Source: Planctomycetia bacterium
GTDB lineage: Bacteria > Planctomycetota > Planctomycetia > Pirellulales > PALSA-1355
Direction of reading: 5' to 3'
NCBI GenBank assembly: GCA_041499515.1
Contig: JBGQKM010000001.1
Span: forward strand, 1-60,825
Length of the DNA: 60,825 nt
The notes beneath the pieces are model-generated. The model searched no databases. It was not told where the DNA came from and saw nothing but the letters and a program-made list of their open reading frames with translations. Both the position numbers and the translations under genes were made by a program. Below are positions 43,872-53,689 of the stretch, piece after piece. The stretch's first letter is position 1. Each line of letters begins with the position of its first letter.

Positions 43872-46806
43872 CATTTATCCGGTGGCCGGCGAGCCCGACC
43901 GGGCCGGCTCGGCCGTGGCGGCCGCTGCGGCCGACTTGGGCCTGGCCGACCGACTGCGCGTGGCCGCCGCGCACGGCTATCTGATCCAGGGCGCGATCGG
44001 CGAAGCGCAAGTGGGCCGCATCGCACGCGAGCTGCTGGTCGACAGCATCGTCGAGCGGTCCCAGATCGCGCCGGCCAACGATCGCCGACTGATCGACGCG
44101 GCGGCGGCCGGCATCGGCAACGGCACCAGCGCCGCCTGGCAAGTCGTGTACGTGTTGCCCAAGCCGGGCGTCATGGATCCGGTGGCGCAAAGCGCGCTGG
44201 CGGCGATTGCCGATCTGGATTTGAAAGCCGACGCGGTTCGCACGCTGCGCAAGTTCTGGCTGGCCGATCTGTCGGGCGAGACGCTGGCGGCGCTTTGCAA
44301 CAAAGTCCTGGCGAACGACGCCATCGAACAGGTGGTCGTGGGGCCGTTGCCGTTTGAACGGCTGGAACTTGGCTCGCCATATCGGTTCCAACAGGTCACC
44401 GTTTCGCTGCGCGATTTGGATGATCAGGCGCTGATTCGCCTGAGCCGCGAGGGACAGCTCTATCTTTCGCTGGTCGAGATGCAGACCATTCAAGCCCATT
44501 TTCGCCAGCTCCGGCGCGATCCGACCGACGTCGAACTGGAAACCGTCGCGCAAACTTGGAGCGAGCATTGCAGCCACAAGACGCTGGCCGGGCGGATTGC
44601 CTATCGCGGTCCTGACGGATCGCGCAACTTCGAAAACATGCTCAAAGAGACCATCTTCGCGGCGACGCGGGAAATCCGCCGGTCGCTCGGCGCGAACGAT
44701 TGGTGCGTGAGCGTGTTTGCCGATAACGCGGGCGTGATCCGCTTCGACGAAACGAATAACGTCGTGTTCAAAGTCGAAACCCACAATCACCCGTCGGCCC
44801 TGGAACCCTATGGCGGCGCGAACACCGGCATCGGCGGCGTGATTCGCGATCCGCTCGGCACCGGCCTGGGCGCCAAGCCGATTTGCAATACCGACGTGTT
44901 TTGTTTCGCTCCGCCCGACACGCCGCCCGCGGCGGTTCCACGGGGAGCCTTGCACCCGCGGCGGGTGATGCAGGGCGTGGTGGCCGGGGTTCGCGACTAC
45001 GGCAACCGGATGGGCATTCCGACGGTCAACGGCGCAATCTATTTCGATCCGCGGTATCTCGGCAATCCGCTGGTGTTCTGCGGCAATGTCGGCGTGATCC
45101 CGCACGACAAGTCCTTCAAGGAGCCCAAAGCCGGCGACTATATCGTGGCCCTCGGCGGCCGCACCGGCCGCGACGGCATTCACGGCGCGACGTTCAGCTC
45201 CGCCGAGCTCACGCACCACAGCGAAAGCCTCTCGGGCGGAGCGGTGCAGATCGGCAACGCGATTACCGAGAAGATGCTGCTGGACGTCATCCTGCAAGCT
45301 CGCGACCGCGGGCTGTATCACGCCATCACCGATTGCGGCGCCGGCGGATTCTCAAGCGCGGTGGGCGAGATGGGCGAAAAGATCGGAGCCGAAGTTTGGC
45401 TCGATCGGGCGCCGGTGAAGTACGAAGGGCTGACGTACACCGAGATCTGGATTTCCGAAGCTCAGGAACGGATGATTCTGTCGGTCGGGCCGGATCAATG
45501 GGACGCGTTTTCGGCGCTGGCGCGATCGGAAGGGGTCGAAGCCACGATCATCGGCAAGTTTGTCGCGACGGGCCGCTTGCAACTCAAATATGGCGAGCAC
45601 GCCGTGGCCGACCTGGACATGCGGTTTCTGCACGATGGCCGGCCGCCGGTGGTGCGCGAAGCGGTTTACACGCCGCCGGCCGAGCGGGAGCTGCATGGTG
45701 GCTCGGCCCGCGATGCGAACTTCACCGACACGTTGACCAGGATTCTCGGCTCGCTGAACGTGGCCAGCAAACATTGGGTGATTCGTCAATACGATCACGA
45801 AGTACAAGGCGGCAGCGTGATCAAGCCGCTGGTGGGCCTGAACAATGACGGGCCGAGCGACGCGGCCGTGCTGCGGCCGCTGCTTGCGTCGCGTCGCGGC
45901 ATCGCCGTGGCTTGCGGGATGAACCCCCGCTACGGCGATTTCGACACGTATCACATGGCCACCAGCGCCATCGACGAGGCGATTCGCAATTGCGTGGCCG
46001 TGGGGGCCGATCCGGCGCGGATCGCGATTCTCGATAACTTCTGCTGGGGCAATACCGATCGGCCGCAGACCCTGGGCTCGCTGGTGCGCGCCGCGCTGGC
46101 TTGCCACGATCTGGCCGTGGCGCTGGGCACGCCGTTCATCAGCGGCAAGGACAGCCTCAACAACGAATTTCGATTCGTGGACGAGGCCGGACACCCGCAG
46201 TCCATCGGCATTCCGCCGTCGCTATTGATTAGCGCGTTGGGCCAGGTGGACGACGTCTCGCGATGCGTCACGATGGATTTGAAGCTCTCCGGCAACAAAA
46301 TCTACCTGGTCGGCCAGACGAAAAACGAAATGGGCGGTTCTCATTTCGCGCTGGTGCACTCGCTAGCCGGCGGCCACGTACCCCAGGTCGATGCAGAAAT
46401 CGCCGCGAAGACTTTTGCCGCGGTGCATCGCGCGATCGCGTCGGGTTTGGTGCGGGCCTGCCACGATCTGAGCGAGGGGGGCCTGGCGGCGGCGATGGCC
46501 GAGATGGCATTTGCCGGCGGCCTCGGGGCGACGATCGACGTCGCCCGCGCGCCGCACGCGCTGGGCGCCGATCCGGCGATCGATGCCATCTTGTTGTTTT
46601 CCGAGTCCAACACGCGTTTTCTGTGCGAAGTGTCGGCGGCGTCGGCGGATGCTTTCGAGCGACAGTTGGCCGGCGTGCCGCATGCGTTCCTCGGCAGCGT
46701 GACGGATCGCGCGGTTTTGGAGATCGTTGCCGGGCAACGTTCGCTCGTGAGTATCGACATCGCGGTGGCGAAGGCCGCGTGGCAGGCTCCGCTCAATTGG
46801 CCATAA
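43855..46806 (+). CDS. purL: Phosphoribosylformylglycinamidine synthase subunit PurL with two N-terminal PurS-like modules
   Basis: PurL core motifs: [30 protein letters not shown]. About 230 extra N-terminal residues include a canonical PurS-like segment [24 protein letters not shown]. Overlaps the tyrA stop by 17 nt. Confidence 0.9.
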   Translation: MLWEVDIYPVAGEPDRAGSAVAAAAADLGLADRLRVAAAHGYLIQGAIGEAQVGRIARELLVDSIVERSQIAPANDRRLIDAAAAGIGNGTSAAWQVVYVLPKPGVMDPVAQSALAAIADLDLKADAVRTLRKFWLADLSGETLAALCNKVLANDAIEQVVVGPLPFERLELGSPYRFQQVTVSLRDLDDQALIRLSREGQLYLSLVEMQTIQAHFRQLRRDPTDVELETVAQTWSEHCSHKTLAGRIAYRGPDGSRNFENMLKETIFAATREIRRSLGANDWCVSVFADNAGVIRFDETNNVVFKVETHNHPSALEPYGGANTGIGGVIRDPLGTGLGAKPICNTDVFCFAPPDTPPAAVPRGALHPRRVMQGVVAGVRDYGNRMGIPTVNGAIYFDPRYLGNPLVFCGNVGVIPHDKSFKEPKAGDYIVALGGRTGRDGIHGATFSSAELTHHSESLSGGAVQIGNAITEKMLLDVILQARDRGLYHAITDCGAGGFSSAVGEMGEKIGAEVWLDRAPVKYEGLTYTEIWISEAQERMILSVGPDQWDAFSALARSEGVEATIIGKFVATGRLQLKYGEHAVADLDMRFLHDGRPPVVREAVYTPPAERELHGGSARDANFTDTLTRILGSLNVASKHWVIRQYDHEVQGGSVIKPLVGLNNDGPSDAAVLRPLLASRRGIAVACGMNPRYGDFDTYHMATSAIDEAIRNCVAVGADPARIAILDNFCWGNTDRPQTLGSLVRAALACHDLAVALGTPFISGKDSLNNEFRFVDEAGHPQSIGIPPSLLISALGQVDDVSRCVTMDLKLSGNKIYLVGQTKNEMGGSHFALVHSLAGGHVPQVDAEIAAKTFAAVHRAIASGLVRACHDLSEGGLAAAMAEMAFAGGLGATIDVARAPHALGADPAIDAILLFSESNTRFLCEVSAASADAFERQLAGVPHAFLGSVTDRAVLEIVAGQRSLVSIDIAVAKAAWQAPLNWP

Positions 46807-46837
46807 CGAGAAAGGCGACCAAACGGGTCGATCGAGC

Positions 46838-47635
46838 ATGGCTCAACCGCGCATCCTGATTCTGCGAGCTCCCGGCGCGAACTGTGACGCCGAAGCAGCT
46901 TACGCGTTCCAAGTGGCCGGCGGCCGGTCCGAGTTGTTGCACGTCAACCGGCTGTTGGAAGCGCCCGGGCAATTGGCCGATTACCAGATTCTTTGCGTGC
47001 CGGGCGGCTTCAGTTATGGCGACGATATCGCGGCCGGGCGGATCCTGGCCAATCAGATCCGCCATCACCTGGCCGATTGCCTGCAGGAATTCAAGGCGAC
47101 CGGCAAGCTGATCCTGGGCATCTGCAACGGCTTTCAAATCTTGCTCAAGTCGGGCGTGCTGTTGCCGTTGGCCGCCGATTTTTCGGCGCCCGCCACGCTG
47201 ACGTGGAACGCGTCGGGCAAGTTCGAGGACCGCTGGGCGCCGTTAGCGACGGTGGGGTCGAAATCGGTCTTCTTTGCCGGGATCGATACGATGTACCTGC
47301 CGGTTGCCCATGCCGAGGGAAAATTCGTGCCGCGCGGCCCGCAGGTGCTCGCCGAGCTGGAAGCCAACGGACAACTGGTGCTTCGTTACGGTGCCCGCCC
47401 GCCGGCCGGCGCCGTCCCCAACATGACGGCCAGCGTCCCCTATCCCGACAATCCCAACGGATCGCTGGGTGACGTTGCCGGGGTGTGCGACACGACGGGG
47501 CGCATTTGCGGATTGATGCCCCATCCCGAGCGACACATCGACCCCACGCAACATCCGCGCTGGACCCGCGGGCCGTTGCCGGCGGCGGGAGACGGGCTGC
47601 GCGTGTTTCAAAACGCGGTCGGCTACTTTCGCTGA
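46838..47635 (+). CDS. purQ: Phosphoribosylformylglycinamidine synthase glutaminase subunit PurQ
   Basis: Class I amidotransferase: PGGFSYGDD, nucleophile elbow GICNGFQIL, C-terminal MPHPER. Confidence 0.9.
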   Translation: MAQPRILILRAPGANCDAEAAYAFQVAGGRSELLHVNRLLEAPGQLADYQILCVPGGFSYGDDIAAGRILANQIRHHLADCLQEFKATGKLILGICNGFQILLKSGVLLPLAADFSAPATLTWNASGKFEDRWAPLATVGSKSVFFAGIDTMYLPVAHAEGKFVPRGPQVLAELEANGQLVLRYGARPPAGAVPNMTASVPYPDNPNGSLGDVAGVCDTTGRICGLMPHPERHIDPTQHPRWTRGPLPAAGDGLRVFQNAVGYFR

Positions 47636-47648
47636 TGACTCGGGGTGC

Positions 47649-47876
47649 CTATTGGCAGCAGGGAGCCGAGGTCATCATGGCGGGGGCGGACATCATGGTC
47701 GCGCCGGACATTCCACAGGGGTCGCAGCATTCAACCCCGGTCTGCCGGTTTTGGTGCCGTCCCCAGCCAAACAGGTAATAACCAGGACGCCACGTATCGC
47801 CGCATCCCATGTTGTTGGCACAACCGGCGCTGGCAGTGAGCAGTCCTAGGACCGATAGAATCAGTAATTTGCGCAT
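47649..47876 (-). CDS. Small Cys-rich lipoprotein (75 aa)
   Basis: Lipobox-type leader MRKLLILSVLGLLTASAGC. The mature part has 6 further Cys (CGDTW..., ECCDPCG, PCCQ). Confidence 0.45.
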   Translation of the reverse strand: MRKLLILSVLGLLTASAGCANNMGCGDTWRPGYYLFGWGRHQNRQTGVECCDPCGMSGATMMSAPAMMTSAPCCQ

Positions 47877-48052
47877 CGTACTCTCTCCGGGCGGGAAACG
47901 AGATTCGCGCTAGCGCGCGAAAGGTAGGCTGTGCAACCATACCTCACGCCCGGCGATGTGCAAACGCGACGTGTTGTTTTTTGGCAACAACCGTCGACAT
48001 GCAGAAAGTTACGTCGACCGCGCGGGCAAGCAAGCGCTTGTCGCCGCGTGAG

Positions 48053-48403
48053 TTAGCACTTCGAGCTAACCCGCAATCGAGTACCGTACTCGAGACTCAT
48101 GCAGATTTCCGCGGGGGAGACATTTTCCGGAAAATAGGTCCCGCCGACATTGGCCTTGTGCAGCGAGCAGCCTTCGAGATCGACGTGGCGCAGGTCGACG
48201 CCGCGCAAATCGGCATCTTTGAGATAAGCGCCCGCAATGATCACGTTGGTCAATTCGACGCCGCGGAAATCGGTGCCCCGAAAGTCGGCATTCGAGAAGT
48301 CGACGGGCCGGCCGTGGCCCATGACGAGTCGTGAAAACGCCTCTGAATTTCCGGCTCGCAGGGCCTGAAAGATTTCATTATCGGGAAATCGAGGTTTAGC
48401 CAT
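48053..48403 (-). CDS. Pentapeptide-repeat protein
   Basis: FSNADFRGTDFRGVELTNVIIAGAYLKDADLRGVDLRHVDLEGCSLHKANV has A(D/N)LxG-type periodicity. The ORF is open (TTG) to 48460; the internal ATG (MAKPRF) is preferred. Confidence 0.75.
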   Translation of the reverse strand: MAKPRFPDNEIFQALRAGNSEAFSRLVMGHGRPVDFSNADFRGTDFRGVELTNVIIAGAYLKDADLRGVDLRHVDLEGCSLHKANVGGTYFPENVSPAEICMSLEYGTRLRVSSKC

Positions 48404-48573
48404 GACCGTGCTCTTCACAATGTCAACCTTGTCTAGTCGGGAAAAAGGCAGGGTTTCCAACGAAACCCACCGCCCACGCTAAACTAATGTAGGTTACAAT
48501 CCCGCAATGCAAGGCGCCCGTCCGGCTGGCGGGCATCAAAAAGCAAGTTGACGACTGTCAATTGTCCCGCCGC

Positions 48574-49182
48574 TCAAAAGATGCCCGCGCCAAAGCCGTC
48601 GCGCTTGGCCCCCTGCTGGGGCGAGGCCTGGCGGACAGGGTGATGGCTGGGAGGGGTATGCGGGCTGCGCGGCTGCGTTTCGGGGGGTTGTACTTGCGTC
48701 TTGTCGCGCGTGGCGATCGTTTCTTTGGGATGCGCCCCTGCCAGTGGCGTCACGGCGTCTTCCTGGTCGTAATCATCGTAGCTGGATTTGTAGCCCGGCA
48801 GTTTCGATCGGCCCAGCTCGAGTTGGAAATCGCGGATCACGCGCTCCTGGATCATCTCGCGACAGCTTGAGTTGATCGGGTGGGCGATGTCCGCATAGAG
48901 CTTGGCGCGTCCATCTTCGTCTTTGACCAGTCGGTCGTCCGACAGGCGGCCGCCGCATTGATTGCAATGCGCAGCGCGCAGGTGATTCTTGCAGCCACAC
49001 TGGGGGCAGTGGGCAGTGAGCTTGCGGCTGGGCATGGCCACGAACGGACCATTGGCGCCGTCGATGATCTTCAGATCACGTATCACGAAGCTGTTGTCGA
49101 ACGTGATGGAGCAGAAGGCTTGGAGCCGCTCGCTGGATTCCTCCATGAGCTTGATGCGCACCTCGGTGATTTCCACGGCCAT
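48574..49182 (-). CDS. spoVG: SpoVG family protein with C-terminal zinc-ribbon and low-complexity tail
   Basis: MAVEITEVRIKLMEESSERLQAFCSITFDNSFVIRDLKIIDGANGPFVAMPSRK is canonical SpoVG. It is followed by CPQCGC...HCNQCG (CxxC...CxxC). Confidence 0.85.
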   Translation of the reverse strand: MAVEITEVRIKLMEESSERLQAFCSITFDNSFVIRDLKIIDGANGPFVAMPSRKLTAHCPQCGCKNHLRAAHCNQCGGRLSDDRLVKDEDGRAKLYADIAHPINSSCREMIQERVIRDFQLELGRSKLPGYKSSYDDYDQEDAVTPLAGAHPKETIATRDKTQVQPPETQPRSPHTPPSHHPVRQASPQQGAKRDGFGAGIF

Positions 49183-49201
49183 CCTCCTTGGGAAACTGGC
49201 G

Positions 49202-50107
49202 TTAATTGCTGGTGCTCAGGGCATAGACACGGCCTATGCCGCGGGCGCGCAAACGTCGCGCGACACGGCGTGCGTGCCGCGCATGACGACAAATTCCAAA
49301 GTAGCCCGTCCCACTGCCGGTCATTTGTGCCGCCAGGCAATCCTGGTTGGCGAGTTCCCGCTGCAAGCGTCCGATCCAGGGAGACAAGGCCTGGGCCGGC
49401 GGCTCGAGACGATTATGGATCAAGCGGTTTAGTTGCCGCAGATCGCCGCTGCGTAAAGCGTGGACCAGCGGCGCCACCGAGCGTGGCCGCGCGGCCACCT
49501 GGCAGTTGGCATACACTTCGGCGGTCGAGAGCCCCTGGGGCGGCCGCACTAAAACGAAATGGAGCGTGCCCAGGCCGGCAACCGGCTCAAGCTGTTCGCC
49601 GCGCCCGCGGCCCACCGCAGCCGGCGGCCCCAAAAAGAAGGGCACGTCGCTCCCAAGCTCCCCGGCAAGCTCCGCCAACGCCGTTGTCGACCAATTCAGT
49701 TTCCAGACGACGTTCGCGGCCAATAGCGCCGCCGCGGCGTCGCTCGACCCGCCGCCAAGCCCGGCAGCCGACGGAATGCGCTTGATCAACTCGACTTCGG
49801 CGCCCAGCGAGACGCCCGCGCGACGGCGAAGCAACTCGACCGCTCTGGTGGCCAGATTATCGCGCTCGGCCGGCAACTCGCCCAGGGCATTCGGGGGGTC
49901 GCCAGCCGCAGCCGCCCAACGGCAGTTGACGCGTACCCGGCCGTCAGGAGTACTCAATGCCGCCAGCGAATCGTACAAGCTGACAGAAACCATGAGGGTT
50001 TCAATCTCATGGTAGCCGTCGCCGCGCTTGGCCAGAACTTCGAAAAAGAGATTCAATTTGGCCGGCGCCCGAACGAAAACGCCCGAGGCTAGCCGGTGAA
50101 CGTTCAT
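49202..50107 (-). CDS. ispE: 4-(cytidine 5'-diphospho)-2-C-methyl-D-erythritol kinase
   Basis: APAKLNLFFEVLAKRGDGYHEIETL and the GHMP kinase motif IPSAAGLGGGSSDAAAAL. The ORF is open to 50179; ATG 50107 is preferred. Confidence 0.85.
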   Translation of the reverse strand: MNVHRLASGVFVRAPAKLNLFFEVLAKRGDGYHEIETLMVSVSLYDSLAALSTPDGRVRVNCRWAAAAGDPPNALGELPAERDNLATRAVELLRRRAGVSLGAEVELIKRIPSAAGLGGGSSDAAAALLAANVVWKLNWSTTALAELAGELGSDVPFFLGPPAAVGRGRGEQLEPVAGLGTLHFVLVRPPQGLSTAEVYANCQVAARPRSVAPLVHALRSGDLRQLNRLIHNRLEPPAQALSPWIGRLQRELANQDCLAAQMTGSGTGYFGICRHARHARRVARRLRARGIGRVYALSTSN

Positions 50108-50394
50108 GCTAAGCCTTCCCTGCTTGCGTGACGCCGCCGTTGCTGTGATTCGAGAAAGGAATGCGCAAAGATCGCTCAAACTGATCCCTGAACGAGCCGA
50201 ACTGCGCCTTTTCGACCGCTTGAGATTGTAACGCGCGCGCGTAAACCGTCAATCGAAGTGTTAGATTTCCGTTTTATTTTTTGACATACAACAGCGCAAC
50301 TGGGTGACATGGAGCAGCGCGGAAAAAGGCGCAATCTAAGAAAACATGGAAGACCACGTACACTAGCGTCCTGGTCGATCCTCTAGCCGGCGTA

Positions 50395-51708
50395 TTAGTT
50401 CTCGCCGGACACCAGGCTGGCGCAGACGAGCTCTTCGTCGTTGCGGGCGAAAACATGTCGCTGGGCATACGCCGGATGCGACCAGCAGACGCCGCCTCGT
50501 TGGGACAACTGCACGCGGGTCGGCTTGAGGAGCTTCGCCCGGCTGATCTCTTCGTAACCTTGGGGCGAAAGCCTGGCAATGATCAGCTCACCGCGTTCAT
50601 TGAACATCCACATCCGCTGGCCGTTACGGACCATGTGGATCGTGCTCCAGCGCGATTTTGGCGTCGGTACGAGGCTCTCCCAGATGCGATCGCCCGTGAG
50701 GGCGTCCAGGCAACGGAATTCGCCGTAACTGTCCACGCCATACACGTAATCGCCTTCCAAGTAGGGAGTGCTGATGATCGAGTGCAGGCTGTCGGTGTGC
50801 TGCTCGTCGCGGCCGCTGCGCTGCCAGATTGGCTCCACCGCCAGTGCATCGGTCTTCAGTTGGAGCATCAGCGAGCCGTCATAGAAGCTAGTGAAGAACA
50901 ACCGGTTTTTTTCCAGCACCGGGGTGGCGATGTTGATCACCATTTTGGCCGGCTTGAAGGGATGCTGCCAGTACACCTCTCCGGTTACGGCGTTCATGCC
51001 CACGATGCTCTCTCCGGTCCAGCAAACCAAAACGCGGTGGCGGGCTTGCTCGATCATGATCGGCGCCGAATACGAGGCGTTGTCGTCCAGCGCGCGCCAC
51101 CTTTCTTCACCCGTTTTCTTGTCGAAAGCCACCAGGCAGGCCTTTTCTCCGCCGACTTGCACGATCAACAGATCGTTTTCGACCAGGGGCGAAGCCGCGA
51201 TGCCCCAGATCGGCATGCGAATCTGGTACTCGCTGTTGAGATCTTTCTGCCAGGCGACCTTGCCGCTCTCGGCCTCGAAACAAAACAGATGGCCCATCGA
51301 ACCCAGCGAATAGGCCCGGCCGTCGTCGACCGTCACGCTGGCGCGTGGGCCGGCCGTATAGCCGACTTTTTCGTAAGCGCAGTCATAGCTGAACGTCCAT
51401 TGCGGCTGGCCGGTCTGGGCATCGAAGCAGTGAACCCGCTCGGCTTGCTTGGGCTCGACGACCCGATCGGTCACGAAGACGCGTCCGCCGGCCACGGTCG
51501 GGCCGCTGTAGCCGCTACCGATCGGTTGGCGCCATTGGATCTTGAGCTCCTCGCCGGCGAATTTTTCCAAGACCCCTGTTTCGCGCCACACTCCGTCGCG
51601 ATTCGGCCCGCGCCATTGGGGCCAATCGTCGGCCGAGGCGCGCCCGCAGACCGCCACCGTGCACAAAGCGAAACCCAACACCAGCCTGCCGGTAGAAACG
51701 TAACTCAT
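50395..51708 (-). CDS. PQQ-like (BamB/YVTN-type) beta-propeller repeat protein, secreted
   Basis: Signal peptide, then DDWPQWRGPNRDGVW and repeated ...G(K/E)xxW... blades (GQPQWTF, GKVAWQK, GEERWRA, GEVYWQH, GDRIWES). Confidence 0.8.
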   Translation of the reverse strand: MSYVSTGRLVLGFALCTVAVCGRASADDWPQWRGPNRDGVWRETGVLEKFAGEELKIQWRQPIGSGYSGPTVAGGRVFVTDRVVEPKQAERVHCFDAQTGQPQWTFSYDCAYEKVGYTAGPRASVTVDDGRAYSLGSMGHLFCFEAESGKVAWQKDLNSEYQIRMPIWGIAASPLVENDLLIVQVGGEKACLVAFDKKTGEERWRALDDNASYSAPIMIEQARHRVLVCWTGESIVGMNAVTGEVYWQHPFKPAKMVINIATPVLEKNRLFFTSFYDGSLMLQLKTDALAVEPIWQRSGRDEQHTDSLHSIISTPYLEGDYVYGVDSYGEFRCLDALTGDRIWESLVPTPKSRWSTIHMVRNGQRMWMFNERGELIIARLSPQGYEEISRAKLLKPTRVQLSQRGGVCWSHPAYAQRHVFARNDEELVCASLVSGEN

Positions 51709-51832
51709 GGTCGAAGAACCTCCGGATATCTGAATGCGACCGCGACGACCGATCGTCGAACTGCCAAAGTATAGGCGATCCTGCCACCGCGCTAAAGCAG
51801 GGCCGATAAGTTACGCCAGTCCAGCGGCCTGC

Positions 51833-52690
51833 TTAGCTGCGCGTGAGCCGATGAAAACGCTCTTTGAGATCGCGGGTGATGGGGCCCGGCGCGCCGGCGC
51901 CGATCACGCGGCTGTCGACTTTCACCACGGCAATGACTTCCACGGCGGTGCCGGTCAGAAAGCACTCCTCGGCGATATAGACGTCGTGCCGCGTCAGCGA
52001 AACCTCGCGGACTTCACGACCCGATTGACGTGCCAGCTCGATGACCGCCTCGCGCGTGATCCCCTCGAGCACGCCCGCGTCGGTCGGCGGCGTGAGCAGC
52101 ACGCCGCCGCGCACCAGGAAGATGTTGTCGGCCGTGCATTCGGAGACTTCGCCCTTGTGGTTAAGCATCAAGGCTTCCATGCAACCGGCCTGCAGGCACT
52201 CGATCTTGGCCAGGATGTTATTGAGATAGTTCAGCGACTTGATGCGCGGGTTCAGCGCCGCGGGGTGATTGCGCAGCGTGCTGGCCGTGATGATCTCCAG
52301 CCCCTGGCGATAGAGGTCCTCGGGATAAACGGTAATGTGATCGGTGATGATGATGACCTGAGGATCGGCCGTGCGATTCGGGTCCAGCCCCAGGCTGCCG
52401 GCCCCGCGCGTCACGACCAGGCGAATATAGCCGTCCTTCAAGCCGTTGACCTGCAGCGTCTCGTTAATCGCGCGGGCCACCTCTTCGCGCGACAGCGGGA
52501 TTTCCAGCAGGATGGCCTTGGCCGAGTTCCACAACCGCGTCAGGTGCTGCTCGAGCCGAAACACAACGCCGCCGTAACTGCGCAAGCCCTCGAACACTCC
52601 GTCGCCGTAGAGCAAGCCGTGATCGTAGACGCTGATCTTGGCATCCTCTTTGGCGTACAGCTTTCCGTTGATCCAAATCTTAAAAGCCAT
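51833..52690 (-). CDS. ilvE: Branched-chain amino acid aminotransferase (fold type IV)
   Basis: ISVYDHGLLYGDGVFEGLR, ...GYIRLVVTRG..., ...EALMLNHKGEVSECTADNIF..., LEGITR. ATG 52690 (MAFKIWING) is preferred. Confidence 0.85.
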   Translation of the reverse strand: MAFKIWINGKLYAKEDAKISVYDHGLLYGDGVFEGLRSYGGVVFRLEQHLTRLWNSAKAILLEIPLSREEVARAINETLQVNGLKDGYIRLVVTRGAGSLGLDPNRTADPQVIIITDHITVYPEDLYRQGLEIITASTLRNHPAALNPRIKSLNYLNNILAKIECLQAGCMEALMLNHKGEVSECTADNIFLVRGGVLLTPPTDAGVLEGITREAVIELARQSGREVREVSLTRHDVYIAEECFLTGTAVEVIAVVKVDSRVIGAGAPGPITRDLKERFHRLTRS

Positions 52691-52879
52691 ACTGTCTTGA
52701 CGATTGCTTTCCGACGCGTCGGCGCGTGACGAGGGCGAGTGTATGGACAAAGCGACCTCCAGGGAACCGTTCCGCTTGACCGCCACCGCCCAGGGAGCAA
52801 CGGCGACGGAGAGTTTCGAGTCGCGGCCCGGTTGGAGTCCCGCAGCCTGCTCTTGGGTAGTTTTTCGTCCGTTGGCGGA

Positions 52880-53689
52880 CTACACGACTTCCACCTGGCC
52901 CTGAGCCAGCCGGACCGTGCGGTCGGCTTGCGCGGCAATGGCCCGGTCGTGCGTCACCATGACTATAGTGAGATTCTGCTGCTCATTCAAGGTTCGCAGA
53001 ATACGCAGGATTTCCTCGCCGGTGCCGCTGTCCAAGTTGCCGGTGGGCTCGTCGGCCAAGAGCACCTCCGGGCCGGAGACCAGCGCTCGGGCGATGGCGG
53101 CACGCTGCATTTCGCCGCCGGAAAGTTCGCGCGGCTTGTGTTTGAGCCGATGCGAAAGCCCGACGATATCCAGCAGGTACCTGGCTCGGTCGAGGTGGGC
53201 TCGCCGCTGGCGCAAGTAGCTCCACGCGCCGGCGGCGATCAGCAGCGGCGCGAGCACGTTTTCCAAAGCGGTCAGCTCTGGCAGGAGATGGTAGAACTGA
53301 AAAATCATGCCGAAATCTCTGTTGCGCAACAGGTCGCGCCTGCGATTGGGCAAATTGTCGATCCGCTGGCCTTTGAAACAGATCTGGCCCTGATCGGGGG
53401 CATCCAGCGTGCCCAGCAGATGCAAAAGCGTGCTCTTGCCCGATCCGCTCTGGCCGATGACCGACAGGAATTCGCCGCGGCGGACTTGCAGATCGACGCC
53501 GCGCAACACCGGAATCTCGACGTGCGCTTTGTAATAACGCTTCCACAAGCCAACGGCAGCCAGTTGCACGGCCTCGGTACATGACGCCGCGGCCGGCGCG
53601 GTTTCGCCGGGCAGGGTCGCCAGGTGCAGTCCGGGGGCCGTCGGGCGAGATTGCGGCTCGGTGGCTTTCCGCAGAGGGACGTTATTCAT
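52880..53689 (-). CDS. ABC transporter ATP-binding protein (LolD/MacB-type)
   Basis: Walker A GQSGSGKSTLL, signature LSGGEMQRAAIARAL, Walker B LLADEPTGNLD. The start overlaps the upstream permease stop by 8 nt. Confidence 0.85.
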   Translation of the reverse strand: MNNVPLRKATEPQSRPTAPGLHLATLPGETAPAAASCTEAVQLAAVGLWKRYYKAHVEIPVLRGVDLQVRRGEFLSVIGQSGSGKSTLLHLLGTLDAPDQGQICFKGQRIDNLPNRRRDLLRNRDFGMIFQFYHLLPELTALENVLAPLLIAAGAWSYLRQRRAHLDRARYLLDIVGLSHRLKHKPRELSGGEMQRAAIARALVSGPEVLLADEPTGNLDSGTGEEILRILRTLNEQQNLTIVMVTHDRAIAAQADRTVRLAQGQVEVV

